A stretch of DNA of 38,760 nt from an uncultured Roseivirgaceae bacterium. GTDB taxonomy: Bacteria > Bacteroidota > Bacteroidia > Cytophagales > Cyclobacteriaceae. The first letter of the stretch is position 1. Every line of letters starts with the position of its first letter. The position numbers were made by a program, and so were the translations under genes. A model generated the notes under the pieces. The model was not told where the DNA came from. It saw nothing but the letters and a program-made list of their open reading frames with translations, and ran no database searches. The DNA is taken from positions 1 to 38,760 of the forward strand of contig CAYORY010000001.1 of assembly GCA_964406435.1 (NCBI GenBank). The letters are read 5' to 3'. This document shows, one piece after another, positions 14,881 to 24,699 of this stretch.

Positions 14881-15273
14881 ATGATTCGAGGCGTCCTCTC
14901 CCTGCTGTTTTTGATATGTTTTATGCTCCTTTCTGGTGCACAAACCATCCAGGAGGATTTGCCTACCAACAATACCGTCGAAAAGAAAGTCAATCACAAA
15001 AAGTACGAACCAAAACGTAAAAACTACGACGTGCTCTACACCAGAAAAACTAAGGGTACGCTATACGGAAACCCCTGTGCTATTGACGTCACCCACAAGA
15101 TGGGATTTCACTATGTACCGCTCACTCAGGAGGGTAAGACCAAAATGGGCTATTTTCTAAATAACTTAATGGTGAAGACAAAACTCTGCGTGACTCGAAC
15201 ACCTTTTTGGAAGGCAATTTTAAATAAGCGATTGGACGATTGCCGTTTGAAAAGCGGAGATGGGATTGGCTAG
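14881..15273 (+). CDS. hypothetical secreted protein
   Basis: 130-aa ORF with signal peptide MIRGVLSLLFLICFMLLSGAQ. No motif recognised. Confidence 0.5.
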   Translation: MIRGVLSLLFLICFMLLSGAQTIQEDLPTNNTVEKKVNHKKYEPKRKNYDVLYTRKTKGTLYGNPCAIDVTHKMGFHYVPLTQEGKTKMGYFLNNLMVKTKLCVTRTPFWKAILNKRLDDCRLKSGDGIG

Positions 15274-15276
15274 TAT

Positions 15277-15495
<219 letters not shown>

Positions 15496-15507
<12 letters not shown>

Positions 15508-15909
15508 TTCCTTTCGCCACATAAATTTCAACCCTGACCAGTCGTGATCTACTGCGCATACTTTGGTATCGACCAACCCGCCCTTCAGACCAAGTTCTCG
15601 AACCTTATTACCATTCAATTCAGTAGCAAGGGCTGACGTTTGCTTCGGCCAAGAAAACCAAAGCATTCCGGTCTTTTTCAGATTCTTTTTCCAACTAGCC
15701 CAACCCTCAGTAATGTGTTTTTCATCCGTCACAAATATGTGGATGAAGTCGAAAGGTCCTTCATTAACGTTATCGGTAAATTCTGAACCCGAAGGAATTT
15801 CTTCTAGTAAATCAACGTAATGAGAAGGTTCATTTACTATCAGACATTTGAAGTTTTCCTTGATGCCTAGCTTCTTGATGAGTGGATTTGGGGAATATCC
15901 TGCGGGCAT
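15496..15909 (-). CDS. DUF3052-like protein
   Basis: 137-aa ORF. The N-terminus GYSPNPLIKKLGIKENFKCLIVNEP and the WFSWPKQTS motif match what I recall of DUF3052-family proteins. Confidence 0.6.
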
Positions 15910-17237
15910 TATTTCTTAATTATTCTTGAGTAATTAAGGCCTTCATTGGTATGAAGACTGAGAAAGTATAAGCCAGGTTCAAGCCCTTCCAATGACTGAG
16001 TAAAGGAGTGATTCCCGGCCTCTAGAAACCCAAGATGAATCATTTTTACTAGTTGTCCTGAGGAATTAAAAAGCTCGAGCCTTGTCCGCGTGAATTGAGC
16101 AATTTGAACGTCTATTGAAATTGAGCTATTGGTTGGGTTTGGCGAGACGCTAAGCTCATGGAATGATTCTTCGGAAGACAGTACCACCTCTTCATCAGGA
16201 TAGCTCTCATCGTATTTGTATACTCGCTTTCCGGTGAGAAAAATGAGCTCATCGGAAACCATAAAAAACCTATTGAAGGTGGAATTGCCATAGGTTTCTA
16301 TTTTCTCCCAAGTGATACCACCATCATTTGTTTCAAAAAGTGCAGTTTCGCTTCCTTCCAATGGGTTTGCCGTTCCTCCTGTCCATCCTGTTAATTCATC
16401 CTTGAAGCCCACCATTTGCATGTAGTTCCATTTGTCTGCCTTCACAGTGTGGATAGTCCAATTTTGACCTCCATCTGTTGATTTTACAACCCTCACATTG
16501 TTAGTCGAGGGAGACGATTGGATGCTTCCAAAAAAATTCACCGAATCAGGTGTCTGAATTTTCCAAATGTAGTCTCCCGCCACTCCTGTCTCGAGTACAG
16601 TCGTCCATGTGTCTCCACCATCATCGGTGTGGAGGATCACCCCACCTTTTTCATTTCCTACAGGATCATTCTGACCGGTCAAGAATCCTTCATTTTCATT
16701 AAGAAAAAGGACATCCACCAGTTGGGTAGCCATTGAGGTCATGTCTGTGGTTACCCAATTGTCGCCTGAATCAACTGATTTGGCTACATAAGGAGGCTCA
16801 GCACCGGACCAGATCGCACAAGCAAATACGACATTTTCCGAAGGTGCCGAGAGGCCACATGCTCCCGGCACTTCAGTGTATCTAATGCCGTTGTAAGTGA
16901 TATCAAAATCCACATTTTCCGAAATGTTCTCCCAGGTTTCGCCACCATCTAGTGTTCGATATATGCTGTTTCTGAGGGAACCGACATATCCGAGCATAGG
17001 TGTGGCAAACTCTATACTTCTGAGGTAATTATCTGCCTGAAACTTCAAGGTCCAGGTAGCACCACCGTCCGTAGTTTTATATATCCTACTTTGGTTATTG
17101 ACCGCCCATCCGGTAGTTTCATCGATAAAAAAAACATCGTCGTATCGAGTTGCTTGTGGAATATCCAACGGCCTCCATTGGGCTAAAATCCCAAGAGGAA
17201 GGAGATAGATAAATAGTAGAAAAATTGTTCGATACAT
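15909..17237 (-). CDS. BNR/Asp-box repeat (Ycf48/sialidase-like beta-propeller) protein with a T9SS C-terminal sorting domain
   Basis: It has a signal peptide and six Asp-box motifs (TTDGGATW, TLDGGETW, SVDSGDNW, TDDGGDTW, STDGGQNW, TNDGGITW). The C-terminal tail (SPNPTNSSISIDV...GLYFLSLHT...RIIKK) is Por_Secre_tail-like. Confidence 0.85.
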   Translation of the reverse strand: MYRTIFLLFIYLLPLGILAQWRPLDIPQATRYDDVFFIDETTGWAVNNQSRIYKTTDGGATWTLKFQADNYLRSIEFATPMLGYVGSLRNSIYRTLDGGETWENISENVDFDITYNGIRYTEVPGACGLSAPSENVVFACAIWSGAEPPYVAKSVDSGDNWVTTDMTSMATQLVDVLFLNENEGFLTGQNDPVGNEKGGVILHTDDGGDTWTTVLETGVAGDYIWKIQTPDSVNFFGSIQSSPSTNNVRVVKSTDGGQNWTIHTVKADKWNYMQMVGFKDELTGWTGGTANPLEGSETALFETNDGGITWEKIETYGNSTFNRFFMVSDELIFLTGKRVYKYDESYPDEEVVLSSEESFHELSVSPNPTNSSISIDVQIAQFTRTRLELFNSSGQLVKMIHLGFLEAGNHSFTQSLEGLEPGLYFLSLHTNEGLNYSRIIKK

Positions 17238-18437
17238 CTACCGGCAATTTACTGGCAGTGGCTCAGAAAAGCCCAATTTCCGAAGTTCTTCGTACTCTTT
17301 GCAAGCTTTGGAAAGATCGCCCATCCGCAGATAAGACTCGGCGGCAAGCTTGTATGGCGCCACACTATCCTGCCATATTCGCTTCATCCAATTGCTGGCG
17401 CCAATAGACTCCTCTGGCTGATCCATTCGATTGTAAATTTTGGCGAGATTTTCATACAAAAAGTAATGCTCTAATGGGATGAATTTCTCACTGACTATCA
17501 TCATGTAGGCCTTTCCATATTTATTGGAATAGTCTCGTATGGCTACATCCCTGGCCAATTCCAGGTAGTCTCTGGAATGATTCAGGTCGCCTAATCCTTC
17601 GTCATACACCTCAGCGATTTGCACCAGCGTGGGAATCACCTGATAGTTTTCTTCGATCAATTCTTTCAGCTTTCTAATGGAAAGTTCCGGTTTATCTACA
17701 TAGCGATAGGATTGTGCCAGTCTGGCTCGCATCGCCATGGGACGGTAAGGGGAGAACTGCTCCACAAGTTCGTAGTATCTGATGGCGCTTGCAAAATCTT
17801 TCTTCAAATAAGAATCTTCCCCCTTGAAAATAATGTCCTCCATTTTGCCACTTCTGAATTCCTTCATGTCCTGCTCCTCCGGCTTGAAGGGAGCCAAATC
17901 GGCGAGCATAATCATGGAAGCTCGGATTTGATCCTGATCATAAAGTGACTGTGCCTCTACAAAAATCTCACGCCGATTAGCCAACAAGTCATCGTACTTT
18001 TTTTGTAGGTACAAGTCGTACATGCCCTTGGCAAACATCACCATGAGTGCTATGCCGAAGGTGATCCCAAAAGCATAGAGAGTAGCCTTGTTATTTTCTC
18101 GGTGATTGATGGGAGGAGCCGTGTAGTAGGGGCGGCCTCCGTACCGTTTTGTCTTGGGAGGCTGATAATGATAGGGCTGCCGAGGAGGCGCAGAAGTAGT
18201 GGATCTCTGGGATGCGTGGAAATGCTCGTACTGAAGCTGTAGGTCAAATTGCGCTTTTTTATACGGATCGGATAGAATCTGATAGGCCTGATTGACGGAC
18301 TTGAATATTTCCTCCATGCCCCGATCGCCCATGTGCTTGTCTGGGTGATATTTGACTGCAAGTCTTTTGAAAGCCGCCTTTATCTCATCTGGAGATGCGC
18401 TTTCGGAGAGTCCGAGCGTGTGGTAATGATTCTGCAT
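17238..18437 (-). CDS. J-domain (DnaJ-like) membrane protein with a TPR-like C-terminal region
   Basis: NHYHTLGLSESASPDEIKAAFKRLAVKYHPDKH is a J domain with the HPD motif. One TM helix (LYAFGITFGIALMVMFA) is followed by a helical repeat region. Confidence 0.8.
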   Translation of the reverse strand: MQNHYHTLGLSESASPDEIKAAFKRLAVKYHPDKHMGDRGMEEIFKSVNQAYQILSDPYKKAQFDLQLQYEHFHASQRSTTSAPPRQPYHYQPPKTKRYGGRPYYTAPPINHRENNKATLYAFGITFGIALMVMFAKGMYDLYLQKKYDDLLANRREIFVEAQSLYDQDQIRASMIMLADLAPFKPEEQDMKEFRSGKMEDIIFKGEDSYLKKDFASAIRYYELVEQFSPYRPMAMRARLAQSYRYVDKPELSIRKLKELIEENYQVIPTLVQIAEVYDEGLGDLNHSRDYLELARDVAIRDYSNKYGKAYMMIVSEKFIPLEHYFLYENLAKIYNRMDQPEESIGASNWMKRIWQDSVAPYKLAAESYLRMGDLSKACKEYEELRKLGFSEPLPVNCR

Positions 18438-18467
18438 TCGTGGAAAAATAACGCTCCTTCGTGTTGA

Positions 18468-18836
18468 TTAGTTTACTAACTGTTTGCCGAGCCATAGCCC
18501 CATCATACACAGCAATAATCCCCCAATCAGACTTAGGGTAGAATAGCCCACAAAAGTCATCCACATTTCGTTTTTGATTAGTCTCACTCCGTCCATTGAA
18601 AAGGTAGAAAAGGTAGTGAATCCACCGCAGAGTCCAACCACCGCAAACCAGTAGACCGGCTGGTCGTCCTTGACTGCCATGCCTACAAGGAATCCAATGA
18701 TCAGGCTCCCCAGGAGATTGACCAAGGTGGTGCCCACTGGAAAACCGGCGGATGCTTTCATGGACCACAACCCAACGCCATATCTCAAAATACTACCTAG
18801 GAACCCGCCCAGTCCGACAAAAAGAAGCTGTTTCAT
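18468..18836 (-). CDS. crcB: fluoride efflux channel CrcB
   Basis: 122 aa with 4 TM helices. GGFLGSILRY and GGFTTFSTFS are CrcB signature motifs. Confidence 0.9.
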   Translation of the reverse strand: MKQLLFVGLGGFLGSILRYGVGLWSMKASAGFPVGTTLVNLLGSLIIGFLVGMAVKDDQPVYWFAVVGLCGGFTTFSTFSMDGVRLIKNEMWMTFVGYSTLSLIGGLLLCMMGLWLGKQLVN

Positions 18837-19420
18837 TTTTCATTAGATATAAATGCCTCGCAGTGCCGCTCCAAGTCAGGAAAGAACTCATGAAATTCCT
18901 CTCCAAATTCTTCGTAGTGCGTCCTCAGAGCTACCACCGCATGTTCCATTCGTGAATCAAAAGTAGTGCGCCTCGCCATTCCGGATAGCGCTCGTTGCAT
19001 CCCCTCCACCAATCTGTAATTGAATAGCCAATTGTCGCGCTTCATGTAGGTGAGCATGTGCCTGGCCGCATGGGGGAATTGATCGCGGTACTTTTCGGTG
19101 GTCTGATAAAAATTTTGTGTAAACTTTTCCAAATCAATTTTCGAGAATTTTAACCAATCTCTCGCCAGAAAATGGTCGTAGAAAACATCCGTGATCACTG
19201 GCGAATAGTGGCGAAAATCAGGACGTAAGCGTTCTTTGCTTCTGAGCACTACCGGATGTGTGTCAGTGTATTGGTCGATGGAGCGATGAAGCTGAATGCC
19301 TCTTTGGATGTCCTCAGGAAAATGATCGAATTGGGAGCCTTTCACAAAATCGCCAATGAAATTGCCCATGGTCAGTTCTTCGTTTGATCCTGAAAGGTAG
19401 ATGTGGGCAAGGAAGTTCAT
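18833..19420 (-). CDS. acpH: acyl carrier protein phosphodiesterase
   Basis: MNFLAHIYLSG...GNFIGDFVKG...LHRSIDQYTD...VFYDHFLARDW is collinear with the E. coli AcpH N-terminus (MNFLAHLHLA...). A 4-nt overlap links it to crcB. Confidence 0.85.
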   Translation of the reverse strand: MNFLAHIYLSGSNEELTMGNFIGDFVKGSQFDHFPEDIQRGIQLHRSIDQYTDTHPVVLRSKERLRPDFRHYSPVITDVFYDHFLARDWLKFSKIDLEKFTQNFYQTTEKYRDQFPHAARHMLTYMKRDNWLFNYRLVEGMQRALSGMARRTTFDSRMEHAVVALRTHYEEFGEEFHEFFPDLERHCEAFISNEK

Positions 19421-19902
19421 TGATTTATAAAGCTGAATCTAATAGATTTGTTGGTGGTATAGGTAAGTTAGAAGTTTTAAATCAAACTCAGTTGGCCAAC
19501 GGAAGCACATCTCGCTCGCATATTAATATTCTCGTTCAGCTCGCCCGAATTGATGGGGTAGTGGTGCAAGAAGAAATCGATCTGATCACCCAGATAGCCA
19601 ATGGTTTTGGGATGACTTCAGAAGAAATAAGCGCATGCTTCGAGGATCCTGATGACATTGGTGACTTAACTAAGCTGCCGAATGATGAGAAGTATGAGCA
19701 TATCTATAATATGGTGCAGCTCATGAAAATCGATGGGAGATTGTACAAAGAGGAGATTCAGTACTGCGCAAAAATGGCCACCAAACTGGGCTATGACGAG
19801 GAGGTGCTTACCGAGCTAATGCTAAAAATCTACAGCGACCCCCACATCACCACAGATAAACAGTCACTCAAATCAGCGATTCAGAAATACCTGAAAAAAT
19901 GA
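19384..19902 (+). CDS. TerB-like (tellurite-resistance TerB family) protein; start uncertain
   Basis: It has two tandem helical units with the pattern LVQLARIDGVVVQEEIDLI and MVQLMKIDGRLYKEEIQYC. The ORF-track start (TTG 19384) overlaps the divergent acpH start. The true start may be an in-frame TTG at 19420 or 19492. Confidence 0.55.
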   Translation: MILKGRCGQGSSLIYKAESNRFVGGIGKLEVLNQTQLANGSTSRSHINILVQLARIDGVVVQEEIDLITQIANGFGMTSEEISACFEDPDDIGDLTKLPNDEKYEHIYNMVQLMKIDGRLYKEEIQYCAKMATKLGYDEEVLTELMLKIYSDPHITTDKQSLKSAIQKYLKK

Positions 19903-20312
19903 AAGCGCTAATTCTTGCTTTTTTTGTTTCCGTTTCATTTTTGGCTTTTGGTCAGGAAGAGGAGATCAGGAAAGTGATGAGCGATCAGGAGCAATGTTGG
20001 AACAATGGCGACCTGGAATGCTTCATGCAGGGCTATTATAAATCTGACGATCTGATTTTTGTGGGCTCTTCCGGGCCGAAATATGGCTGGCAGGTGACCC
20101 TGAATAACTACAAGAAGAGCTACCCCTCCAATGCCGCCATGGGAACACTTTCGTTCGATTTGCTCAGGCTTATCCCGCTCGGGAAAAAGAACTACCTCGT
20201 GGTGGGCAAGTGGAGCCTAAAGCGGGAATCCGATAATCCTAACGGCCACTTTTCTCTGGTTTTTGAAAAAATCAAAGGTGAGTGGAAGATCATTGCTGAT
20301 CATTCGAGTTAG
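19899..20312 (+). CDS. NTF2-like / SnoaL-DUF4440 family protein, secreted
   Basis: 137 aa with signal peptide MKALILAFFVSVSFLAFGQ. Motifs EQCWNNGDLECFMQGY and GHFSLVFEKIKGEWKIIADHSS are typical of DUF4440. Confidence 0.65.
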   Translation: MKALILAFFVSVSFLAFGQEEEIRKVMSDQEQCWNNGDLECFMQGYYKSDDLIFVGSSGPKYGWQVTLNNYKKSYPSNAAMGTLSFDLLRLIPLGKKNYLVVGKWSLKRESDNPNGHFSLVFEKIKGEWKIIADHSS

Positions 20313-21897
20313 ATTTTCGAACGATGTATACAAGGTAGTCTCTATGGCGTCCTATTGATTCATAGCCAAACTGGGGTAATTCGTTGGTTATAGTCTCATG
20401 AAAATTTCTCCTGCCTCTGTTTTCAACTAAAATTAATGGTGGATCTGGCTGGGTAGAGTTCCTTTCTATTAATGTGCTTACTTCCTTACCTCCAATTCTT
20501 TGGGTGGCAAAAAGCAACTCACTTTTTGGGAAATCATAAGGGATAATTTTGGCTCGATCTTTAACAGATCTTATTACCACAATTATTTTCTCTGAACTAT
20601 TATTGAGTTGCTGAAGGTTTGGTTCGGTGATCCAGTATTGAATTAAATCCTTAGAATTCTTGCTGCCAACGTGTCCCAAAGTCAGGTTCCAAATTGGGGT
20701 GATAAAGAGCACAATAGCAATCAACAAAAAACCAATTTTTGAATGTCTAATTAGGTGCCTGCAGCATAGAACCGGAAGTACAAAAAGTAGTGGTGCGACC
20801 ATGCTGCCGTACCGGTGAAGCGTAGCGTTCACAGGAACAAACTGATACAGCAAAAAGTATGTGACGATTCCTAAGACCCCAATGCTGAGTGCTGTGTAAT
20901 TGAAGGGTTGCCTTTTTTTGTTGATAAAGCTATAGATCAAGCCAATTCCTGATATGATAAGGATTGGTGGCGTAAGTAGGTGATCAACTATATTGACAAA
21001 TGCACCATCGAGCTTACTTGTCACTTCTTCTATTTTGGTCAACTTTGATTGAACCTTGATTGAAATACCATCACTGGTGATGTCCCTTATAACATTCGGA
21101 TAAATAAAATAAGATACGGCTATGGCTACCAGGGAAGTAATTCCATAGTTGACCACATTCATCCAATTCCTTTTAATAATCCCGTGCCATACAAGAAGTA
21201 AAAGTCCGACCATTCCTAACACCAGATAGGAGAAGTAATGGGTAAGAAGCATGGAGGTTACAAGCAACGCAGTTAGAAAATAATCCTTCAATCCGAGATG
21301 TATCTTCATGTGCTGTTTCACCAGAACTAATGTTAAAATCAGTGTCAATAGTTCAAGCAGAACATATGATTTCACTAATATGACCGTAGTTATTGTGGAC
21401 AAACAAAGACAGTAAATCATAAGAGAGATTAGCTCAAGCTTAGGATCACTAAATAGCCAATGCGATAGCTTCATAAAAATAAAAGCAGCACAAATCCACA
21501 ATGCGAAGTTGAGGAGATACCCTATCTCCATTATGGAGAGTCCGAAGCTCGTCAATGGGGTTAAAGTATGATAAATATAATAGTAGAGGGGAGGGTGATT
21601 ACTTGCTTCTAGCTGTTCCTTTAGGCTCGAATAATTAATGCCGTCCGGTGGTTTCAAATTCCCATTAAGATGTTTGGCTGATGTCCAATTACCAATACTA
21701 CTACTCAATTCTTCATTAATTCTGACAAAGTTGAGTGAGACTTTAGAATGAGTATATATAGAATCAATATGTGGCTGGGTAAGTTCGGAAGTGCAATAAA
21801 CTCTGATACATAGTCCAATAAGGATTATGACGAATGGAGTAAAAGACTTCCTTTCAAAACCGAAGTAGTTGTTCATTTTAGTGTTGAGGTTGGGCAT
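20290..21897 (-). CDS. polytopic membrane protein, GT-C (GT39/ArnT-like) glycosyltransferase candidate
   Basis: It has at least 10 hydrophobic helices. A loop motif (NHPPLYYYIYH) after the first helices resembles the PMT_2/ArnT family. An alternative start, MNNYFGF (ATG 21876), would remove the overlap with the upstream gene. Confidence 0.5.
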   Translation of the reverse strand: MPNLNTKMNNYFGFERKSFTPFVIILIGLCIRVYCTSELTQPHIDSIYTHSKVSLNFVRINEELSSSIGNWTSAKHLNGNLKPPDGINYSSLKEQLEASNHPPLYYYIYHTLTPLTSFGLSIMEIGYLLNFALWICAAFIFMKLSHWLFSDPKLELISLMIYCLCLSTITTVILVKSYVLLELLTLILTLVLVKQHMKIHLGLKDYFLTALLVTSMLLTHYFSYLVLGMVGLLLLVWHGIIKRNWMNVVNYGITSLVAIAVSYFIYPNVIRDITSDGISIKVQSKLTKIEEVTSKLDGAFVNIVDHLLTPPILIISGIGLIYSFINKKRQPFNYTALSIGVLGIVTYFLLYQFVPVNATLHRYGSMVAPLLFVLPVLCCRHLIRHSKIGFLLIAIVLFITPIWNLTLGHVGSKNSKDLIQYWITEPNLQQLNNSSEKIIVVIRSVKDRAKIIPYDFPKSELLFATQRIGGKEVSTLIERNSTQPDPPLILVENRGRRNFHETITNELPQFGYESIGRHRDYLVYIVRKSNSNDQQ

Positions 21898-23329
21898 TTT
21901 TCGAGATTGTCAGCAACCCAACAAAAGTCAACAAACCATTCACCAGCAGTATCGTGAAGCCAAACTTGTGCCCCCAAAACCATGCTTCGGAATTTTGATT
22001 GAGAATAAAGGAAAGAACAGGTGCAACCAAACAAACGACCGGCACCCATTTATCCTTCAAGTCCAACTTTGTCAGGATGCCGAAAGAGAACAGCCCAAGC
22101 AGTGGCCCGTAGGTGTAGCCAGCCGCTATGAAGATATTTGTGATCACGCTTCGGTCATTGATGCCGTTGAATACCAATATCACGATAAAGAGCAGCACCG
22201 AAAACCCGAAGTGCACAGCCATTCTCAGTTTTCTGTTTTTCTGATAATTCTCAGATTTGAAACCAAGAAAGTCTACACAAAAGCTAGTAGTAAGTGCTGT
22301 TAGCGCAGAGTCAGCACTGGAGTAGGCAGCCGCCGTTATTCCGAGCAAGAACACCACTCCGCCCATGACGGAAAAATGTTCTGTCGCCAGCATTGGGAAC
22401 AAGCCGTCTGTTCGGTCGGGAAGTACAATGCCGCCAACCTCCGCATATTGATACAGCAGCACCCCAAGGGTAAGGAAAAGAATGTTGGCGAAAATCAGAA
22501 TCACAGAGAACCAAAACATATTTTTCTGAGCTTCCCCGATCGTTTTGCAGGTCAGGTTTTTTTGCATCATGTCCTGATCCAACCCGGTCATCACTATGGC
22601 AATAAATGCCCCCGATAGAAACTGCTTGAAGAAATTATTTCCACTCTGCCAGTCCCAGTCAAATATGGTGCTTCGAGTGTCACTCGTTACACTACTGATC
22701 AATTCGCCCCAGCCCCAGTTGAGCTCGTCTTTGATAAACCAGATACTAATCACCACTGCTGCCAGCATAAAGGTAGTTTGTAGCGTGTCGGTAAACACGA
22801 TCGTTTTGATGCCACCCTTGACGGTGTACAGCCAGATTAAAATAATGGTGGTAAGGACTGCCACCCAAAAGGGTAAACCGAAGGAATCGAAAAAGGTGAT
22901 TTGTAGCACTCCAGCGACAAGGAAAAGCCTAAATGATGCACCGACCACCCGACTCACCAAGAAGAAAAACGCACCGGATTTGTAAGACCAAAATCCGAAT
23001 CGCTGCTCCAGATAGGTATAAATCGATACCAAATTCAAGCGATAGTAAAGCGGCATGAGCACAGCCCCAATCACTAAATAGCCGAGCAAATACCCCAATA
23101 CGACCTGGAAATAATGAAAATTGGAATTGGCCACTTCACCCGGTACCGATATGAAAGTCACCCCGGAGAGAGACGCTCCTATCATCCCAAAAGCCACCAA
23201 ATACCAGGGCGACTGACGATGGGCGGTATAGAAATCGTCTGGCGAGGATTTGCGTGATGTTACCCACGAAATGCCTATCAAAAGGGCGAAATATCCGAGA
23301 ATTATGCTGCCAACAAGGGTAGGACTCAT
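21878..23329 (-). CDS. sodium:solute symporter family transporter
   Basis: 483 aa with about 13 TM helices. The N-terminus (ILGYFALLIGISWVTSRK...DFYTAHRQSPWYLVAFGMIGASLSGVTFISVPG) matches the SSF pattern. Confidence 0.85.
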   Translation of the reverse strand: MSPTLVGSIILGYFALLIGISWVTSRKSSPDDFYTAHRQSPWYLVAFGMIGASLSGVTFISVPGEVANSNFHYFQVVLGYLLGYLVIGAVLMPLYYRLNLVSIYTYLEQRFGFWSYKSGAFFFLVSRVVGASFRLFLVAGVLQITFFDSFGLPFWVAVLTTIILIWLYTVKGGIKTIVFTDTLQTTFMLAAVVISIWFIKDELNWGWGELISSVTSDTRSTIFDWDWQSGNNFFKQFLSGAFIAIVMTGLDQDMMQKNLTCKTIGEAQKNMFWFSVILIFANILFLTLGVLLYQYAEVGGIVLPDRTDGLFPMLATEHFSVMGGVVFLLGITAAAYSSADSALTALTTSFCVDFLGFKSENYQKNRKLRMAVHFGFSVLLFIVILVFNGINDRSVITNIFIAAGYTYGPLLGLFSFGILTKLDLKDKWVPVVCLVAPVLSFILNQNSEAWFWGHKFGFTILLVNGLLTFVGLLTISKNAQPQH

Positions 23330-23337
23330 ACTTGATT

Positions 23338-23367
23338 TTTGAAGGTGTCAAAGTAACTGTATTTTTG
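23338..23367 (+). promoter_or_regulatory. Candidate Bacteroidota sigma-A promoter for clpS-recR
   Basis: TTTG at 23338-23341 (-33-like) and TATTTTTG at 23360-23367 (an exact match to TAnnTTTG) are separated by 18 nt. The ATG follows at 23372, implying a very short leader. Confidence 0.4.
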
Positions 23368-23371
23368 CATT

Positions 23372-23662
23372 ATGGAATTGACAACAATGGATTGGTCAAC
23401 AGAAGTAGAAGTAGTAGAGGAGGTCATTTCCGACACGGAGGAGGCGCGCGACCTCATTGTCTACAACGATGATTTCAACACCTTCGAGCATGTGATAGAA
23501 ACGCTCATTCGAGTATGCAAGCACGACGTGGTGCAAGCCGAGCAGTGTACCCACCTCATTCATTTTAAAGGAAAGTGCGCTGTGAAGAAAGGCAGCTACA
23601 CCGAGCTAAAGCCAATGCGTGAGGGCATCACCGAGGCGGGTATTAAAGCCACAATTGAATAA
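23372..23662 (+). CDS. clpS: ATP-dependent Clp protease adaptor ClpS
   Basis: LIVYNDDFNTFEHVIETLIRVCKHDVVQAEQCTHLIHFKGKCAVKKG is the canonical ClpS core. Confidence 0.9.
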   Translation: MELTTMDWSTEVEVVEEVISDTEEARDLIVYNDDFNTFEHVIETLIRVCKHDVVQAEQCTHLIHFKGKCAVKKGSYTELKPMREGITEAGIKATIE

Positions 23663-24268
23663 ATGGAATACCCTTCCAAGTTGATTGAGCGGGCAGTGGA
23701 AGAAATTTCCCGTCTTCCGGGGATCGGAAAAAAAACTGCACTGAGACTGGCGCTACATCTGCTAAAGCAGCCTGAGGAGGAAACGGCGAATTTGTCTTTC
23801 GCCTTGCAGGAGCTGAGAAACAAAATTCAATACTGCAAAAAGTGCCACATGATCTCAGACGGTGAGATCTGCAGCACGTGTAATAGCGCCTATCGAGACC
23901 CCTCGATGATCTGCGTGGTGGAGGACAGCCCAGATGTACTTGCCATTCTGAATACGGCTCAGTACAGCGGGCATTTCCATGTGCTGGGAGGACGGATTTC
24001 GCCAATGGACGGCATTGGGCCGGATCAGATAAATATCGAAACGCTCATCCGCAGGGTTAAAGCTGGAGGAATAGCAGAAATAGTCCTTGCTTTGAGTGCC
24101 ACGATGGAGGGGGACACTACTTCCTATTACATTACCAAAATGCTCAAGGATGAAGGAGTGAAGGTGACTACCATTACACGCGGAATTCCGGTCGGAAGCG
24201 AAATTGAATATGCCGATGAGGTAACCCTCGGTCGCAGTATTTTGACCAGAACAGAAGTCAAGGATTAA
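23663..24268 (+). CDS. recR: recombination protein RecR
   Basis: [17 protein letters not shown] is a helix-hairpin-helix. [16 protein letters not shown] is a Cys4 zinc finger. The Toprim segment [11 protein letters not shown] is present. The gene starts 1 nt after the clpS stop. Confidence 0.92.
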   Translation: MEYPSKLIERAVEEISRLPGIGKKTALRLALHLLKQPEEETANLSFALQELRNKIQYCKKCHMISDGEICSTCNSAYRDPSMICVVEDSPDVLAILNTAQYSGHFHVLGGRISPMDGIGPDQINIETLIRRVKAGGIAEIVLALSATMEGDTTSYYITKMLKDEGVKVTTITRGIPVGSEIEYADEVTLGRSILTRTEVKD

Positions 24269-24314
24269 TCCAAAGAGTAATACCAAACTAATCTATTTGA
24301 AAAGCGTAATGGAG

Positions 24315-24322
24315 TAAATTTG
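24315..24322 (+). promoter_or_regulatory. Candidate -7 box (TAAATTTG) upstream of 24345..24698
   Basis: It matches TAnnTTTG exactly, 23 nt upstream of the ATG. The nearest upstream TTTG (24296-24299) is only 15 nt away, which is shorter than the usual spacing. Confidence 0.25.
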
Positions 24323-24344
24323 ATTTGACAGTAAACAAAAAACA

Positions 24345-24698
24345 ATGAAAAAACTACTTACAATTTCGGCATTGGGATTATGTATGATTCTTGCAAATGA
24401 TGCCAATTCACAGCTTCTGGATACCAAACTTCAGGTGACCGTAAGGAATGACCTTGGTAACATTGTTGAAGGAGCAACGGTGACGCTATACAAGACCATG
24501 ACCGAATACGAAAAAGAAGAGAATGCGGTGCAATCCGGAACAACGGACAAGAAGGGCAGGGTGAAATTCACTAAACTCGCCTCCAAGGCCTATTTCATGC
24601 ATGTAGAAAAGGGTGATTTGACCAACATCGGACGTGGCGTACAAACCTCGAAATTGATCTCTAAGAAGAAGAACATACTCAACGTCATTATCGAATAA
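24345..24698 (+). CDS. small secreted protein with a carboxypeptidase-regulatory-like (prealbumin-fold) segment
   Basis: It has a signal peptide (MKKLLTISALGLCMILANDANSQ). The segment VTVRNDLGNIVEGATVTLYK...TDKKGRVKFTKL matches the CarboxypepD_reg pattern. Confidence 0.55.
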   Translation: MKKLLTISALGLCMILANDANSQLLDTKLQVTVRNDLGNIVEGATVTLYKTMTEYEKEENAVQSGTTDKKGRVKFTKLASKAYFMHVEKGDLTNIGRGVQTSKLISKKKNILNVIIE

Positions 24699-24699
24699 C

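Noticed and set aside
18437-18480. Fluoride riboswitch upstream of crcB
   Set aside because: crcB overlaps the upstream acpH gene by 4 nt, so there is no leader in which a crcB-motif riboswitch could sit.
17619-18768. ORFs 17619..17948(+), 18050..18361(-) and 18385..18768(-), which overlap the DnaJ-like and crcB genes
   Set aside because: They are alternative-frame or antisense ORFs within genes that carry clear family motifs, and they show no motifs of their own.
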